The notes: generated by a model not told the origin, from the letters alone. 59,225 bases of DNA, filler included, from 5 parts of 5 records of this genome joined end to end with filler, not necessarily neighbours in it, one strand, 5' to 3'; shown: positions 36,952-49,670, counted from the first letter of the whole stretch. Made by a program: numbers and translations.

Positions 36952-38121
36952 ATGTCAGATCAGGAATTTCTGCAAACACCGGCAGGCCAGTGGCTGCTGC
37001 TGTCACTGCTGCCCCGGTTCGGAATCCCCCTCAGGGAGCGGATTCTGGGTTCTGTTGATACGCTCACCGATATCCTGCCCCTGAATGCTGCCACGCTTCG
37101 CGCCATGGGGCTTGGCGGCGATGCCGTGGAGGCGATTGTCGCCTGGCAGGCGGGTGATCTCAGCCAGGGCGTCATTGCCCGGGCACTGGATATCTATCGC
37201 CAATGTCGGGAACGGGGTATTGGCGTGCTCGGACAGGGCCAGGCGCCCTACCCGGAATGCCTGCGCCATATCCACAATGCCCCTCTGGTGCTCTATACGC
37301 TGGGTAATGTTGAGTTATTGCAACGGGACCAACTGGGCGTGGTCGGCAGTCGCAACGCCACCCGGGCGGGGCTGGACCATGCCCGCCAGTTTTCTGCCGA
37401 ACTCAGCCGGCGAGGGCTGCTGATCACCAGTGGTCTGGCCCTGGGAATAGATGGTGCAGCCCACGCCGGCGCCCTGGATGCTGGCTATCCGACACTGGCG
37501 GTGGTGGGTTGTGGTCTCGACCGGTTGTATCCGGCCCAACATCGTAACCTGGCTCACCGCATCATTGAGAACGGTTTGATTGTTTCTGAGTACCCGCCGG
37601 GCACCCAGGCCAGGGCCGCCTATTTCCCCCAGCGTAACCGCATTATCAGTGGCCTCGCCCGGGGCGTGCTGGTGGTGGAGGCCAGCCTCCGGAGCGGTTC
37701 ACTGATTACCGCTCGAACCGCCCTCGAGCAGGGGCGGGAGGTGTTTGCCATTCCCGGTTCGGTGCACAGCCCGGTGGCCCGGGGCTGTCACCAACTGATT
37801 CGCCAGGGCGCCCGGCTGGTGGAGACCGCCGACGACGTGATGGAAGAACTGGGTACCTGGTGGTCCATGCAGGCGCAGCCCGCAGAACCGGAAGCAACGG
37901 AGAATTCGTCAGACCTGTTGTTTCTGGACCGCCGGGAAATCGCGGTATTCGAGGCTTTGGGGTATGATCCGCAGTCTACCGATGCACTGGGCCTTGCCAC
38001 GGGTTTGCCCGCGGATCAGTTGCTGCAGTCACTACTGATCCTGGAGCTTGAGGGCCTCGCCCATGCCTGCCCGGGTGGTTATCAGCGCACCGGTCGGGAC
38101 CTTGTTCATTGTTCTGCATGA
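36952..38121 (+). CDS. dprA: DNA-processing protein DprA
   Basis: VVGSR, SGLALGIDGAAH, FPQRNRIISGL, SGSLITA; start MSDQEF. Confidence 0.95.
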   Translation: MSDQEFLQTPAGQWLLLSLLPRFGIPLRERILGSVDTLTDILPLNAATLRAMGLGGDAVEAIVAWQAGDLSQGVIARALDIYRQCRERGIGVLGQGQAPYPECLRHIHNAPLVLYTLGNVELLQRDQLGVVGSRNATRAGLDHARQFSAELSRRGLLITSGLALGIDGAAHAGALDAGYPTLAVVGCGLDRLYPAQHRNLAHRIIENGLIVSEYPPGTQARAAYFPQRNRIISGLARGVLVVEASLRSGSLITARTALEQGREVFAIPGSVHSPVARGCHQLIRQGARLVETADDVMEELGTWWSMQAQPAEPEATENSSDLLFLDRREIAVFEALGYDPQSTDALGLATGLPADQLLQSLLILELEGLAHACPGGYQRTGRDLVHCSA

Positions 38122-38136
38122 GGGCGCCGATATCTG

Positions 38137-40464
<2,328 letters not shown>

Positions 40465-40502
40465 GGCAGGCGATGCAGCCGAGCCGTCGATAAGGGTCAG
40501 TT

Positions 40503-41276
40503 ATGGATATTCTTACGCTTGTCGGGTTGCTAGCCGGAACCCTGATTGTGTTGCTCGCCATGTTGGCGAATGCAACCGTACTTACCTTTCTGAACCTGCC
40601 TGGCCTGGCCATCGTACTCGGGGGTACGTTTGCCGTAACCCTGATCAAATTCCGCATGCCCTCAGTGCTGAGTGCTTTCCGGCTCGCATTCCGCGCGGCC
40701 TTTACGGACAAGCTGGCCCGCCCGGCGGAACTGATTCGGGAAGTGGGCGTGCTGGCCCGGGTGGTTCGCAAGGAGGGCATTCTGGGTCTGGAGAACCATG
40801 ACACCAAGGACGAGTTCCTGCAGAAAGCCATCAACCTCTGTGTCGATGGCCATCCGCCGGAACTGGTGGAAGAGGCCCTGTTGCAGGACAGCCAGCAGAC
40901 CGCCGAACGCTACGAAGTGGCGGAACGGGTGTTCCGCGGCATTGGCGAATCGGCACCGGCCATCGGCATGCTGGGTACACTGGTGGGGCTGGTGCAGATG
41001 CTCAATACCCTTGATGATCCCTCCTCCATTGGTCCGGCCATGGCCATTGCCCTGCTGACCACCCTGTACGGCGCATTCATTGCCCAGCTGATGGCGTTAC
41101 CCCTGGCCGACAAGCTGCAGCTGAAGGCGGAAGACGATGCCCGCAACCAGATGCTGATCATTACCTCCATCAAGAGCATCATGCGCGGTGAAAACCCCAG
41201 GGTTATGACCGAACTGTTGTCTTCCTACGTGTCTCCGGAACACCGCACCAACCTCGAACCCGAGCGGGAGGCCTGA
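40503..41276 (+). CDS. pomA: Flagellar stator A subunit, PomA/MotP-like
   Basis: APAIGMLGTLVGLV..L..LDDP..IGPAMAIALLTTLYGA, GENPR. Confidence 0.8.
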   Translation: MDILTLVGLLAGTLIVLLAMLANATVLTFLNLPGLAIVLGGTFAVTLIKFRMPSVLSAFRLAFRAAFTDKLARPAELIREVGVLARVVRKEGILGLENHDTKDEFLQKAINLCVDGHPPELVEEALLQDSQQTAERYEVAERVFRGIGESAPAIGMLGTLVGLVQMLNTLDDPSSIGPAMAIALLTTLYGAFIAQLMALPLADKLQLKAEDDARNQMLIITSIKSIMRGENPRVMTELLSSYVSPEHRTNLEPEREA

Positions 41277-41279
41277 GGT

Positions 41280-42113
41280 TTGCAACCGGCACGGCCACTG
41301 AAAAAGAACCGGGGCAAGAAAGGCACCCCGGACTGGATCGTGACGTTTGCCGATCTGGCCACATTGCTGCTGACGTTTTTTATTCTGCTGCTGTCCTTCG
41401 CCGAAATGGATGTGGAAAAGTACCGGGCCATGGCCAACTCCATGTCGCTGGCCTTTGGCTCCAGCAACGTGGTGGCGGAGGACGTGGGTGGCTCCCCTAT
41501 TACCTTGGTTGAATCGGATACCGTCTCGCTGCCCGAACCGTCGGAGTCGTTGCAACAACAACCTGAGTTTATTGATGAGCGTACCGAGCGCTCGGAAACC
41601 CGGCAGATACCCGGCGGTGTGCTGGACCTGGCCGGGCGTCTGGTTCGGGAACTGGAAGAGGAAGTGGCTTCCGAAACCCTGCATGTGAACTACGACGAGG
41701 ATCAGGTGGTTATCCGGTTCTCGGAGGAAGCGACCTTCCGCTCTGGCGACGCCACCATCAAGCCGGAAATGATCCCGATCATCGAGCGTGTGGTGAGCGT
41801 CCTGTCCGCCTGTAGCGGGGATGTGGTGGTTTCCGGGCATTCCGACGATCGACCGATTTCCAGCAGTCAGTACCGCTCAAACTGGGACCTGTCTGCTGCC
41901 CGGGCGGTCTCGGTGGTGCATGAACTGGTACTCAACCGGGATATCCCCGCCGAGCGGGTCGTTGCCGCGGGCCGTGCCGAGACCCGGCCACTGGCCCCCA
42001 ACACCAGCCCGGAAAACCGCGCTATCAATCGCCGGGTGGAAATCGCCATCCGTAACCCCGAATGCAGTGATGAAGTGCCCACCGCAGACCTGCCGGTGGA
42101 AATCCTGCCCTGA
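41280..42113 (+). CDS. pomB: Flagellar stator B subunit, PomB/MotS-like with OmpA domain
   Basis: WIVTFADLATLLLTFFILLLSF transmembrane motif; GHSD, SNWDLSAARA, NRRVEI. Confidence 0.8.
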   Translation: MQPARPLKKNRGKKGTPDWIVTFADLATLLLTFFILLLSFAEMDVEKYRAMANSMSLAFGSSNVVAEDVGGSPITLVESDTVSLPEPSESLQQQPEFIDERTERSETRQIPGGVLDLAGRLVRELEEEVASETLHVNYDEDQVVIRFSEEATFRSGDATIKPEMIPIIERVVSVLSACSGDVVVSGHSDDRPISSSQYRSNWDLSAARAVSVVHELVLNRDIPAERVVAAGRAETRPLAPNTSPENRAINRRVEIAIRNPECSDEVPTADLPVEILP

Positions 42114-42237
42114 GCCGCCGGTATCTCCGCTCTCCTTATGCTCGCAGCGCAGATACTCATAGTGGATTCATATAACCTCTGCCCATTCAAAGCCTTATAC
42201 TGTGCGCCCTGAATTGCACACAGCAGGAGATGCCAGC

Positions 42238-42555
42238 ATGAGCGGACCGGACAAACCGAAAGTCATTGGTGAGGAATGGAGTGACGAGCGGGTAAAGAGC
42301 TATCTCGACCTGACCCCCTGGGACCGAAGCATCAATGCCGATTATTTCGTGCTGAGTCGGGCTTATGAATCTATGCGGGCCGAAGACTTCGAGCGCTTTA
42401 TCAGCTTTTTTGTTGAAGCCGGTCGTGACCTGAATGCTGAAGACGAACACGGAGCAACCATTCTGGATCGGGTTGCTCTTCACCGGCGTAGTGCAGAGTA
42501 TGCCCGCGTCCTGGAAAACGCCGGCGCACAAAAAAAGGCAGCGGCCGGGAACTGA
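42238..42555 (+). CDS. PA4642 family protein
   Basis: DKPKVIGEEWSDERV, L-RAY-SMR..DF.RF. Confidence 0.85.
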   Translation: MSGPDKPKVIGEEWSDERVKSYLDLTPWDRSINADYFVLSRAYESMRAEDFERFISFFVEAGRDLNAEDEHGATILDRVALHRRSAEYARVLENAGAQKKAAAGN

Positions 42556-42590
42556 TTCCCGGCAAGGCTGCCTTGTCGCTGCTTTTTATT
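42535..42590. terminator. Hairpin at the junction of convergent genes
   Basis: AAGGCAGC..GCCGGGAA-CTGA-TTCCCGGC..GCTGCCTT with flanking A and T tracts. Confidence 0.5.
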
Positions 42591-43125
42591 CTGAGGGATT
42601 TAGGTATTCGTCTTTCAGTTTGACGTAGTTGGCGGCGGTGTATTTGAAGAACGTTTTTTCCTTGTCGCTCAGGGCCCGGGCCTGCTTGCACGGGGAGCCC
42701 ACATACAGGTAACCGGATTCCAGGCGTTTGCCTGGCGGTACCAGGGTACCGGCGCCGATAATGACTTCATCTTCCACCACGGCGCCGTCCATCACGGTAC
42801 AGCCCATGCCGACCAGAACCCGGCTGCCAATGGTGCAGCCATGCAGCAGGGCTTTGTGGCCAACGGTCACGTCGTCGCCCAGGATCAGCGGCCAGCCGCC
42901 GGGGTTGTAGTCGCTGGCGTGGGTGATGTGCAGCACCGAGCCGTCCTGGATGCTGCAACGGTCGCCGATGCGGATCTTGTGCATGTCGCCTCGGATTACG
43001 GTCATGGGCCAGACCGAGCAATCCTCCCCCATTTGTACATCTCCGATGACCACGGCGCTGTCGTCTACCCAGGTGCGTTCGCCAAATTGTGGTGTGATAC
43101 CCTTGTGAGTTCGTACATTCGCCAT
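42586..43125 (-). CDS. Gamma carbonic anhydrase family protein (YrdA-like)
   Basis: IRGD, IQDGSVLH, VGHKALLHGC hexapeptide repeats; start MANVRTH. Confidence 0.93.
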   Translation of the reverse strand: MANVRTHKGITPQFGERTWVDDSAVVIGDVQMGEDCSVWPMTVIRGDMHKIRIGDRCSIQDGSVLHITHASDYNPGGWPLILGDDVTVGHKALLHGCTIGSRVLVGMGCTVMDGAVVEDEVIIGAGTLVPPGKRLESGYLYVGSPCKQARALSDKEKTFFKYTAANYVKLKDEYLNPSE

Positions 43126-43191
43126 TACATATACCTTTTGATTGGACTCGAGTTGGGAGCAAGGAGTCTTTGGGAGGGGGCTTTCCAAAAA

Positions 43192-43291
43192 NNNNNNNNN
43201 NNNNNNNNNNNNNNNNNNNNNNNNNNNNNNNNNNNTTAATTAATTAANNNNNNNNNNNNNNNNNNNNNNNNNNNNNNNNNNNNNNNNNNNN
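43192..43291. other. Contig-joining spacer
   Basis: N run with TTAATTAATTAA. Confidence 0.99.
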
Positions 43292-43345
43292 TTCCCGTGG
43301 GACATGGCGCTGCAATACGTCGAACCTTATCGCGGCACAGATTGA
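43292..43345 (+). CDS. gpt: Xanthine phosphoribosyltransferase, C-terminal fragment
   Basis: FPWDMALQYVEPYRGTD*, recognised as the Rhodobacteraceae Gpt C-terminus. Confidence 0.7.
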   Translation, partial: FPWDMALQYVEPYRGTD

Positions 43346-43349
43346 TCAC

Positions 43350-43379
43350 AAAAACGCGCCCGATACTGGGCGCGTTTTT
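43350..43379. terminator. Intrinsic terminator after gpt
   Basis: AAAAACGCGCCC-GATACT-GGGCGCGTTTTT. Confidence 0.85.
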
Positions 43380-43448
43380 CGTTACCCCTTGTACGAATGA
43401 ACACCTCATACAGCGCCTCTGGCGTTTGTTAACTTTCAGGATCAGTCT

Positions 43449-44624
43449 ATGTCACAGAGCCGCACCGCCGCCACGTTCGCCCCTCCGGTGATGGAGGCCC
43501 GGCGCTGGCTTGATGGTGTGAGTTTTCCAGCTGATCGCCCTTTGATCAATGTCAGCCAAGCCGCCCCTGTGGACCCTCCCACAGCTGAACTGCGTCAGGC
43601 GATGGCTGATTATGCTTTGAACGAGGACAGCGCGCATCTTTATGGGCCAGTTCTGGGCAATGACGATCTGCGCAGCGAGTTGGCCTGCCAGATTTCAGAT
43701 CACTATGACGGTCAGGTTACGCCCGCACAGGTCGCGATCACCTCGGGGTGCAATCAGGCGTTCTCGGCCACGATATCCGCGCTGACGACCGAAGGGGATG
43801 AAGTCATCCTGCCAACACCTTGGTACTTCAACCATAAAATGTGGTTGGATATGGCTGGCGTCACGTCTGTTGCGTTGCAAACCGGCGAGGATCTCTTGCC
43901 GGACCCGGCCAAAGCTGAGGCGCTGATCACACCGAGCACCCGCGCCATTTCCCTTGTCACTCCGAACAACCCCGGCGGTGTCGAATACCCCGCCGAATTG
44001 GTGCAGGCGTTTTTTGACTTGGCGCGCAAACATAGCATCCGCCTGTTGGTCGATGAGACATACCGAGATTTTGACAGCCGCGATGGTGCGCCTCACCCCC
44101 TGTTTTCGATCCCAGATTGGGACGAAACATTGGTGCATCTATATTCCTTTTCCAAAGCCTACCGTTTGACCGGCCATCGTGTGGGTGCTTTGGCTACCAG
44201 CACCTCGCTACTCGCAGAAATTGAAAAATTTCTTGATACAGTCGCGATTTGCCCGGGCCAGATCGGCCAGCACGCGGCCCTTTGGGGGATGCAGAACCTC
44301 GAAACCTGGCTGGCAGGTGAACGGCAAGAAATTCTGGACCGTCGCGGCGCTATTTCGGACTTCATGCCCGCAATCGATGCCAAAGGATGGAAATTGCGCG
44401 GATTGGGAGCATATTTCGCCTATCTCGAACACCCTTACGACATGCCGTCCGATGAGCTGGCAAAGCGTTTGGTATCTGATGCTGGCGTTTTGGTGTTGCC
44501 GGGCACCATGTTTATGCCCGCCTCGGATCCTGCTGGCCAACGACAGGTTCGCATCGCATTTGCCAATCTGGATCGCGCAGGGCTGCGTCAGCTGTTTGAC
44601 AGATTGCAAAGCCTCAGCTTCTGA
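43449..44624 (+). CDS. Class I/II PLP-dependent aminotransferase
   Basis: TPNNPGG, DETY, SFSKAYRLTGHRVG. Confidence 0.92.
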   Translation: MSQSRTAATFAPPVMEARRWLDGVSFPADRPLINVSQAAPVDPPTAELRQAMADYALNEDSAHLYGPVLGNDDLRSELACQISDHYDGQVTPAQVAITSGCNQAFSATISALTTEGDEVILPTPWYFNHKMWLDMAGVTSVALQTGEDLLPDPAKAEALITPSTRAISLVTPNNPGGVEYPAELVQAFFDLARKHSIRLLVDETYRDFDSRDGAPHPLFSIPDWDETLVHLYSFSKAYRLTGHRVGALATSTSLLAEIEKFLDTVAICPGQIGQHAALWGMQNLETWLAGERQEILDRRGAISDFMPAIDAKGWKLRGLGAYFAYLEHPYDMPSDELAKRLVSDAGVLVLPGTMFMPASDPAGQRQVRIAFANLDRAGLRQLFDRLQSLSF

Positions 44625-44701
44625 CCTTGCCCACCGGCACTGCCCATCGTAGACAAGGCAGCGATCAATAAGGCACGAATTTCCGAACAAAGGGGCGAAC
44701 C

Positions 44702-46546
44702 ATGGCTGCAGGCGTTAAAAGTCTATCGAGAACATTCGTATGGATCCTGATGGGCCTGCTCATGCTAGGCCTTGCTGGGTTTGGTGCGGTGAACCTTTCT
44801 GGCACGGCCCGTACGGTGGCTGTTGTAGGCGATCAAACAGTTAGCGTTGACGCCTACGCCCGCGAGCTGCAGCGCGAAATTCGCGCTGTCGAGGCGCAAA
44901 CCGGCCAAACCCTGCCCATGCAGCAGGTCCGTGCCTTGGGTATCGACCAACTGGCCCTGTCACGCCTGATTTCGCTCGCCTCTATCGACAACGAAGTTGC
45001 GTCATTGGGCGTCTCGATCGGCGACGAGAACCTGCAAAAAGAAATCATCACCATTCCTGCGTTTCAAGGCGTCGACGGGAGTTTTGACCGCGAAGGCTAT
45101 CGTTTTGCATTGGAGCAAGCTGGATTGAGCGAACCTCAGTTCGAAGATGATCTGCGTCGGGAATCAGCCAGAACTCTGGTTCAGGGCGCCATCATCGGGG
45201 GCGTGAAGATGCCTACGGTCATGACCGACACGATTGCCAACTATGTTGCGGCACGTCGCAGTTTGACAGTTGCGACCCTTTCCCCGGAATTGCTGGATGC
45301 GCCCGTGGCCGCACCAACTGATGCGCAAATCCAAGCCTTTTATGATGAAAACACCGAGCAGTTCTTTCTGCCCGAAACCAAGCGTTTGACCTATGCGGTC
45401 TTGTCCCCTGACATGGTTTTGGATCAAGTCACCGTAGACGAGAGCGCTATCAAGAAACTGTTCGAAGATCGCGCAGCAGATTTCAACCAACCCGAGCGCC
45501 GTTTGGTTGAGCGTTTGGTGTTCGGTGATACAGCCAAGGCAACCGATGCCAAAGCTCAGCTGGAAGTCGGTGGAACAACGTTTGAACAGTTGGTTCAAGA
45601 CCGGGGCCTTGCGTTGTCTGACATTGATCTTGGCGATCTGACGGTTGACCAGCTTGGCGAGGCCGCAGAAGCCGTTTTTGCCGCGCAGGTTGGCGATGTT
45701 GTTGGTCCCTTGCCGTCTGATCTTGGGCCCGCACTGTTCCGGGTAAACGGCACATTGGCTGAACGCATCACACCGTTTGAGCAAGTTCAAGCAGAGCTGC
45801 GCGACGAGTTGGCCTTTGAACGCGCCCGCCGCCTGATCGAAGCACAGTCCGAAGACGTCAACGACCTGCTGGCCGGTGGCGCAACCTTGGAAGAACTTGA
45901 AGCTGACAGCGGCATGAAAGTTGACACGATCAACTGGACGACTGAAACAACAGACGACATCGCTGCCTATGAAACCTTCCGCACTGCCGCGATGGCTGTC
46001 ACAGCCGAAGATTTCCCTGAAATTGGCTTCTTCAAAGACGGGTCCATTTTTGCGCTGCGCCTTGACGAAGTACTGGCCCCACGCCCTGAACCTTTGGAAG
46101 ACGCCCGCAGCGCCGTGCAAAACGCTTGGGTCATTGAACAGACACAACAGGCGCTAAAGTCAAAGGCTGATGGGATCATTGCGGATCTGAAAACAGATGG
46201 CGATTTTACCAACTCTGGCCTGCCATTTCGGGTGGAAAATGCTCTGACACGCACCGCGTTTCTGGAGAACACGCCCGCCGATTTCATGAACCAGGTTTTT
46301 GATATGGAGCTTGATCAGATTGTTGCGATCCCCGGAGCCGGCAATGTGTTAATCGTGCGACTGGAAGAGACACTGCCACCCGCAGAGACCGATGAGCTGA
46401 TCCAGATACAGACCGCATTTCAGCAGCAGATGAACCAAGCTTTGGCGCAGAATCTGTTTGATGCCTATGTCCGTGATGCACAGACCCGCAGCCAGCCGAT
46501 GCTGGATCAGGCTGCATTGAATGCCGTACAGGCAAACTTTCAGTAA
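44702..46546 (+). CDS. PpiD/SurA-type periplasmic chaperone (peptidyl-prolyl isomerase)
   Basis: N-terminal membrane anchor, SurA-N region, degenerate rotamase (DLG...VVGP); usual position upstream of trpE. Confidence 0.88.
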   Translation: MAAGVKSLSRTFVWILMGLLMLGLAGFGAVNLSGTARTVAVVGDQTVSVDAYARELQREIRAVEAQTGQTLPMQQVRALGIDQLALSRLISLASIDNEVASLGVSIGDENLQKEIITIPAFQGVDGSFDREGYRFALEQAGLSEPQFEDDLRRESARTLVQGAIIGGVKMPTVMTDTIANYVAARRSLTVATLSPELLDAPVAAPTDAQIQAFYDENTEQFFLPETKRLTYAVLSPDMVLDQVTVDESAIKKLFEDRAADFNQPERRLVERLVFGDTAKATDAKAQLEVGGTTFEQLVQDRGLALSDIDLGDLTVDQLGEAAEAVFAAQVGDVVGPLPSDLGPALFRVNGTLAERITPFEQVQAELRDELAFERARRLIEAQSEDVNDLLAGGATLEELEADSGMKVDTINWTTETTDDIAAYETFRTAAMAVTAEDFPEIGFFKDGSIFALRLDEVLAPRPEPLEDARSAVQNAWVIEQTQQALKSKADGIIADLKTDGDFTNSGLPFRVENALTRTAFLENTPADFMNQVFDMELDQIVAIPGAGNVLIVRLEETLPPAETDELIQIQTAFQQQMNQALAQNLFDAYVRDAQTRSQPMLDQAALNAVQANFQ

Positions 46547-46559
46547 CGAAGGCAGATCC

Positions 46560-48071
46560 ATGGCCCTGACCCCTGAGTTTGACAGCTTCGCCCGCGCCTA
46601 TGAAGCGGGCGAAAATCAGGTTGTTTATACCCGCCTTGCTGCGGATCTAGACACACCTGTGTCGCTGATGCTGAAACTGACTGGTGCGCAAAAAGACGCC
46701 TTTATGCTGGAATCTGTTACCGGCGGAGAAGTTCGCGGACGCTATTCCATCATCGGCATGAAACCGGATCTGATTTGGCGCTGTCACGGAGGGCAGTCCG
46801 CGCTGAACCGGTCTGCTCGTTTTGATGCCGACGACTTTGTCGCGCAAGACGGCCATCCGATGGACAACCTGCGCGCCCTGCTCGCCGAATGCCGGATCGA
46901 TCTGCCGGAAGAAATGCCCCAAGCCGCTGCTGGCCTGTTTGGCTATTTGGGCTATGATATGGTCCGCTTGGTCGAACATTTGCCGGATGTGAACCCGGAT
47001 CCGCTTGGCTTGCCGGATGCTGTCATGATGCGCCCGTCGGTGGTTGCTGTATTGGATGGCGTCAAAGGTGAGGTCACGGTGGTTTCGCCCGCTTGGGCAA
47101 GCGAGGGTCAAAGCGCCAAGGCCGCTTATGCCCAAGCCGCCGAACGTGTTATGGATGCTGTGCGTGATTTGGAACGCGCTATGCCTGCAGAAACTAGGAA
47201 TTTGGGCGAAGCACATGAAGCCAGTGCGCCGGTTTCTAATTTCACCAAATCCGGGTACATGGAAGCGGTTGAAAAGGCCAAAGACTACATCCGCGCAGGC
47301 GACATCTTTCAGGTGGTGCCAGCGCAGAGATGGACGCAGGAATTCCCCCTGCCACCGTTCTCTCTGTACCGCTCTTTGCGACGGACCAACCCGTCGCCGT
47401 TCATGTTCTATTTCAACTTCGGTGGCTTTCAGGTCATCGGGGCCAGCCCAGAAATCCTAGTGCGTGTATTTGGGAACGAAGTCACCATTCGCCCGATTGC
47501 TGGCACGCGTCCGCGTGGGGCAACGCCAGAAGAAGATCGTGCACTCGAAGCGGATCTGCTTGCGGATAAGAAAGAACTGGCCGAGCATCTTATGCTGCTG
47601 GACCTTGGGCGTAATGACACCGGACGTGTGGCCAAGATCGGCACCGTGAAACCGACAGAACAGTTCATCATCGAACGCTATAGCCACGTGATGCATATCG
47701 TTTCAAATGTGGTTGGCGAGTTGGCAGACGGCAAAGATGCGCTGGACGCATTTTTTGCAGGCATGCCCGCAGGCACTGTTTCAGGCGCGCCTAAAGTACG
47801 CGCGATGGAAATCATCGATGAGCTAGAGCCCGAGAAACGCGGTGTCTATGGTGGCGGTGTCGGCTATTTCTCAGCAGGTGGCGATATGGATATGTGTATC
47901 GCGCTGCGCACAGCCGTTGTGCAAGATCAAAAGCTCTATATCCAAGCTGGTGGTGGTGTTGTTTATGATAGCAACCCCGAAGCTGAGTATATGGAAACAG
48001 TCCATAAATCCAATGCCATACGCCGGGCGGCGGCTGATGCAGCCCGGTTCGTTGGCAACGGAAACGGCTAA
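46560..48071 (+). CDS. trpE: Anthranilate synthase component I
   Basis: LESV.GGE.RGRYS, NPSPFM, RPIAGTRPRG, AEHLMLLDLGRND, PAGTVSGAPK. Confidence 0.97.
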   Translation: MALTPEFDSFARAYEAGENQVVYTRLAADLDTPVSLMLKLTGAQKDAFMLESVTGGEVRGRYSIIGMKPDLIWRCHGGQSALNRSARFDADDFVAQDGHPMDNLRALLAECRIDLPEEMPQAAAGLFGYLGYDMVRLVEHLPDVNPDPLGLPDAVMMRPSVVAVLDGVKGEVTVVSPAWASEGQSAKAAYAQAAERVMDAVRDLERAMPAETRNLGEAHEASAPVSNFTKSGYMEAVEKAKDYIRAGDIFQVVPAQRWTQEFPLPPFSLYRSLRRTNPSPFMFYFNFGGFQVIGASPEILVRVFGNEVTIRPIAGTRPRGATPEEDRALEADLLADKKELAEHLMLLDLGRNDTGRVAKIGTVKPTEQFIIERYSHVMHIVSNVVGELADGKDALDAFFAGMPAGTVSGAPKVRAMEIIDELEPEKRGVYGGGVGYFSAGGDMDMCIALRTAVVQDQKLYIQAGGGVVYDSNPEAEYMETVHKSNAIRRAAADAARFVGNGNG

Positions 48072-48170
48072 ACATCAACCCATCTTTGAATTGAAAAATG
48101 TCACGCTAGGCAGGCTCGCCTATCGTGACATTTTCGTTTAGATCCAAGTAGTTATCTCGTCAGTGAGGCC

Positions 48171-49670
48171 TCATTTTCGCGTCAATACCGCGGAAACTGG
48201 GGCAAGGGCCACGCGGCTTACACGGTCCTGCAATCCCCAAAGCAACAGCGCCGATACGGTATCCGGACGGACGCGGCCCAACATGACAACCGCGCCTTCT
48301 TGCCCGGCCCGAAACGCCGCCTGATCCAAGAAGCGACGCATGATGGTGGGGGTTTGTCCTGCGCCATCAAAATCGCGAAACACCACTGCAGCAGGAACGC
48401 CTGAACGGACAGCCAGTTTTTGTACGGTGTTCAATCCATTGTCCTGGGTGATCAAGCCACGGCCCGTATCCCCTAGAATAGCGGACACCTGACCAGACAG
48501 TTCCCGATTGCCCTGAATCCCACTTTTCGTTCCTTCTAGAATCGCAACGGTTTCAGGCAACGCATCAACCCAAACCGATAGTGAGACCTCAGCGTCTTGT
48601 GCTGTCGCTGCCGCAGGCAAGTCAGCAAGAAGCACAACCTCAAACCCAGCGGCGCGGTACCGTGCCATTTTGTCCTCGGCTTGTGGATCCGTTGGATCAA
48701 TCGCAAAGCTCAGTGGATACGGGAAATCTTGCAATGCTTCCGCGCCGAGCCCTTTGGCATCATCCATCAAGACAATTGCCATCAAGGGCTTGTCTTCTGG
48801 ATTTTCAAAGGGTTCGGAATAGATCTCAATCGGACGTTCTTGGGGATTTAGAGACGCCTCAGATTGGCCCGCCGCAACTGACACTGTGTCGCGTTCGGTC
48901 AACGGCACCACAGGCGTCCCGATCTGTGGTCGCACGGTGTTGGTCTCTTCGGTCCCGATCTGCGGCAAAGCTGCAATTTCAGGTGCCGCGTCCGAGGTTT
49001 GCGGGGCGGGGCTTTGGTTCGCCGGTGTCACAGCCGCAGATTGCGTATCAATGCTGGGCGCCTGATCGCTTTGGGGTGCAGGTGTCGGTGCCGCAATTTC
49101 TTCGGTGCTCAACCCCGCATCAGGTTGCGATTCAATGACCGGATCCGCCTCTTGCTCGACGGGCGATCCTAAGCCGGTGCCTGTTTCAGAAACATTTGGC
49201 GCCACGGGTTGTACTGGTTGTTCTTTAGAGACCGAAAGCTCTGCTTCCTCAGTTGGAACGCTCGGGGCATCACCCGGTGTTGAGGAACTAACAGGTGCCT
49301 CAGATTCAACAGCCACGTCTGCGGCATTTGCTGTGTCTGGCTTATCCAAAGCGGCGATTGCCGCGCCAACTTTTGGCTTATCTGCTGGTTCTGTAATCTC
49401 GGAGCTAAGCGAACTTAGACTATCGGAGGGTTGTTCTGTCTCAACAGGTGCGCGTGGGGCCAGTTCGACAAGATCAGCGTCCTGACCAGCGGGATTTACA
49501 CCACTTCCACCTGCCTCTGGTTCAGAGGGGTTTCCCCCCGTCGTGGCAGGTGCCACGCTCGATACATCCGGGCGTACCGGCAAAGGTGATGTCAGCGACA
49601 CGTAGGCCGACACAGATCCAACAACGAGAACCCCGGTCAGAGCTCCTCCAAAAAATCCACCCATCCCCAT
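48171..49670 (-). CDS. Divergent polysaccharide deacetylase family protein with a long Pro/Ala/Glu-rich linker
   Basis: N-terminal membrane anchor; C-terminal PLMAIVL-D...PLSFAIDP...FLDQAAFRA; start MGMGGFF. Confidence 0.85.
   Translation of the reverse strand: MGMGGFFGGALTGVLVVGSVSAYVSLTSPLPVRPDVSSVAPATTGGNPSEPEAGGSGVNPAGQDADLVELAPRAPVETEQPSDSLSSLSSEITEPADKPKVGAAIAALDKPDTANAADVAVESEAPVSSSTPGDAPSVPTEEAELSVSKEQPVQPVAPNVSETGTGLGSPVEQEADPVIESQPDAGLSTEEIAAPTPAPQSDQAPSIDTQSAAVTPANQSPAPQTSDAAPEIAALPQIGTEETNTVRPQIGTPVVPLTERDTVSVAAGQSEASLNPQERPIEIYSEPFENPEDKPLMAIVLMDDAKGLGAEALQDFPYPLSFAIDPTDPQAEDKMARYRAAGFEVVLLADLPAAATAQDAEVSLSVWVDALPETVAILEGTKSGIQGNRELSGQVSAILGDTGRGLITQDNGLNTVQKLAVRSGVPAAVVFRDFDGAGQTPTIMRRFLDQAAFRAGQEGAVVMLGRVRPDTVSALLLWGLQDRVSRVALAPVSAVLTRK

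Noticed and set aside
40503-42113. MotA/MotB-like pair as a Zorya anti-phage system
   Set aside because: The A subunit is 257 aa with no long ZorA tail, there are no zorC/D/E neighbours, and the motifs are those of flagellar stators
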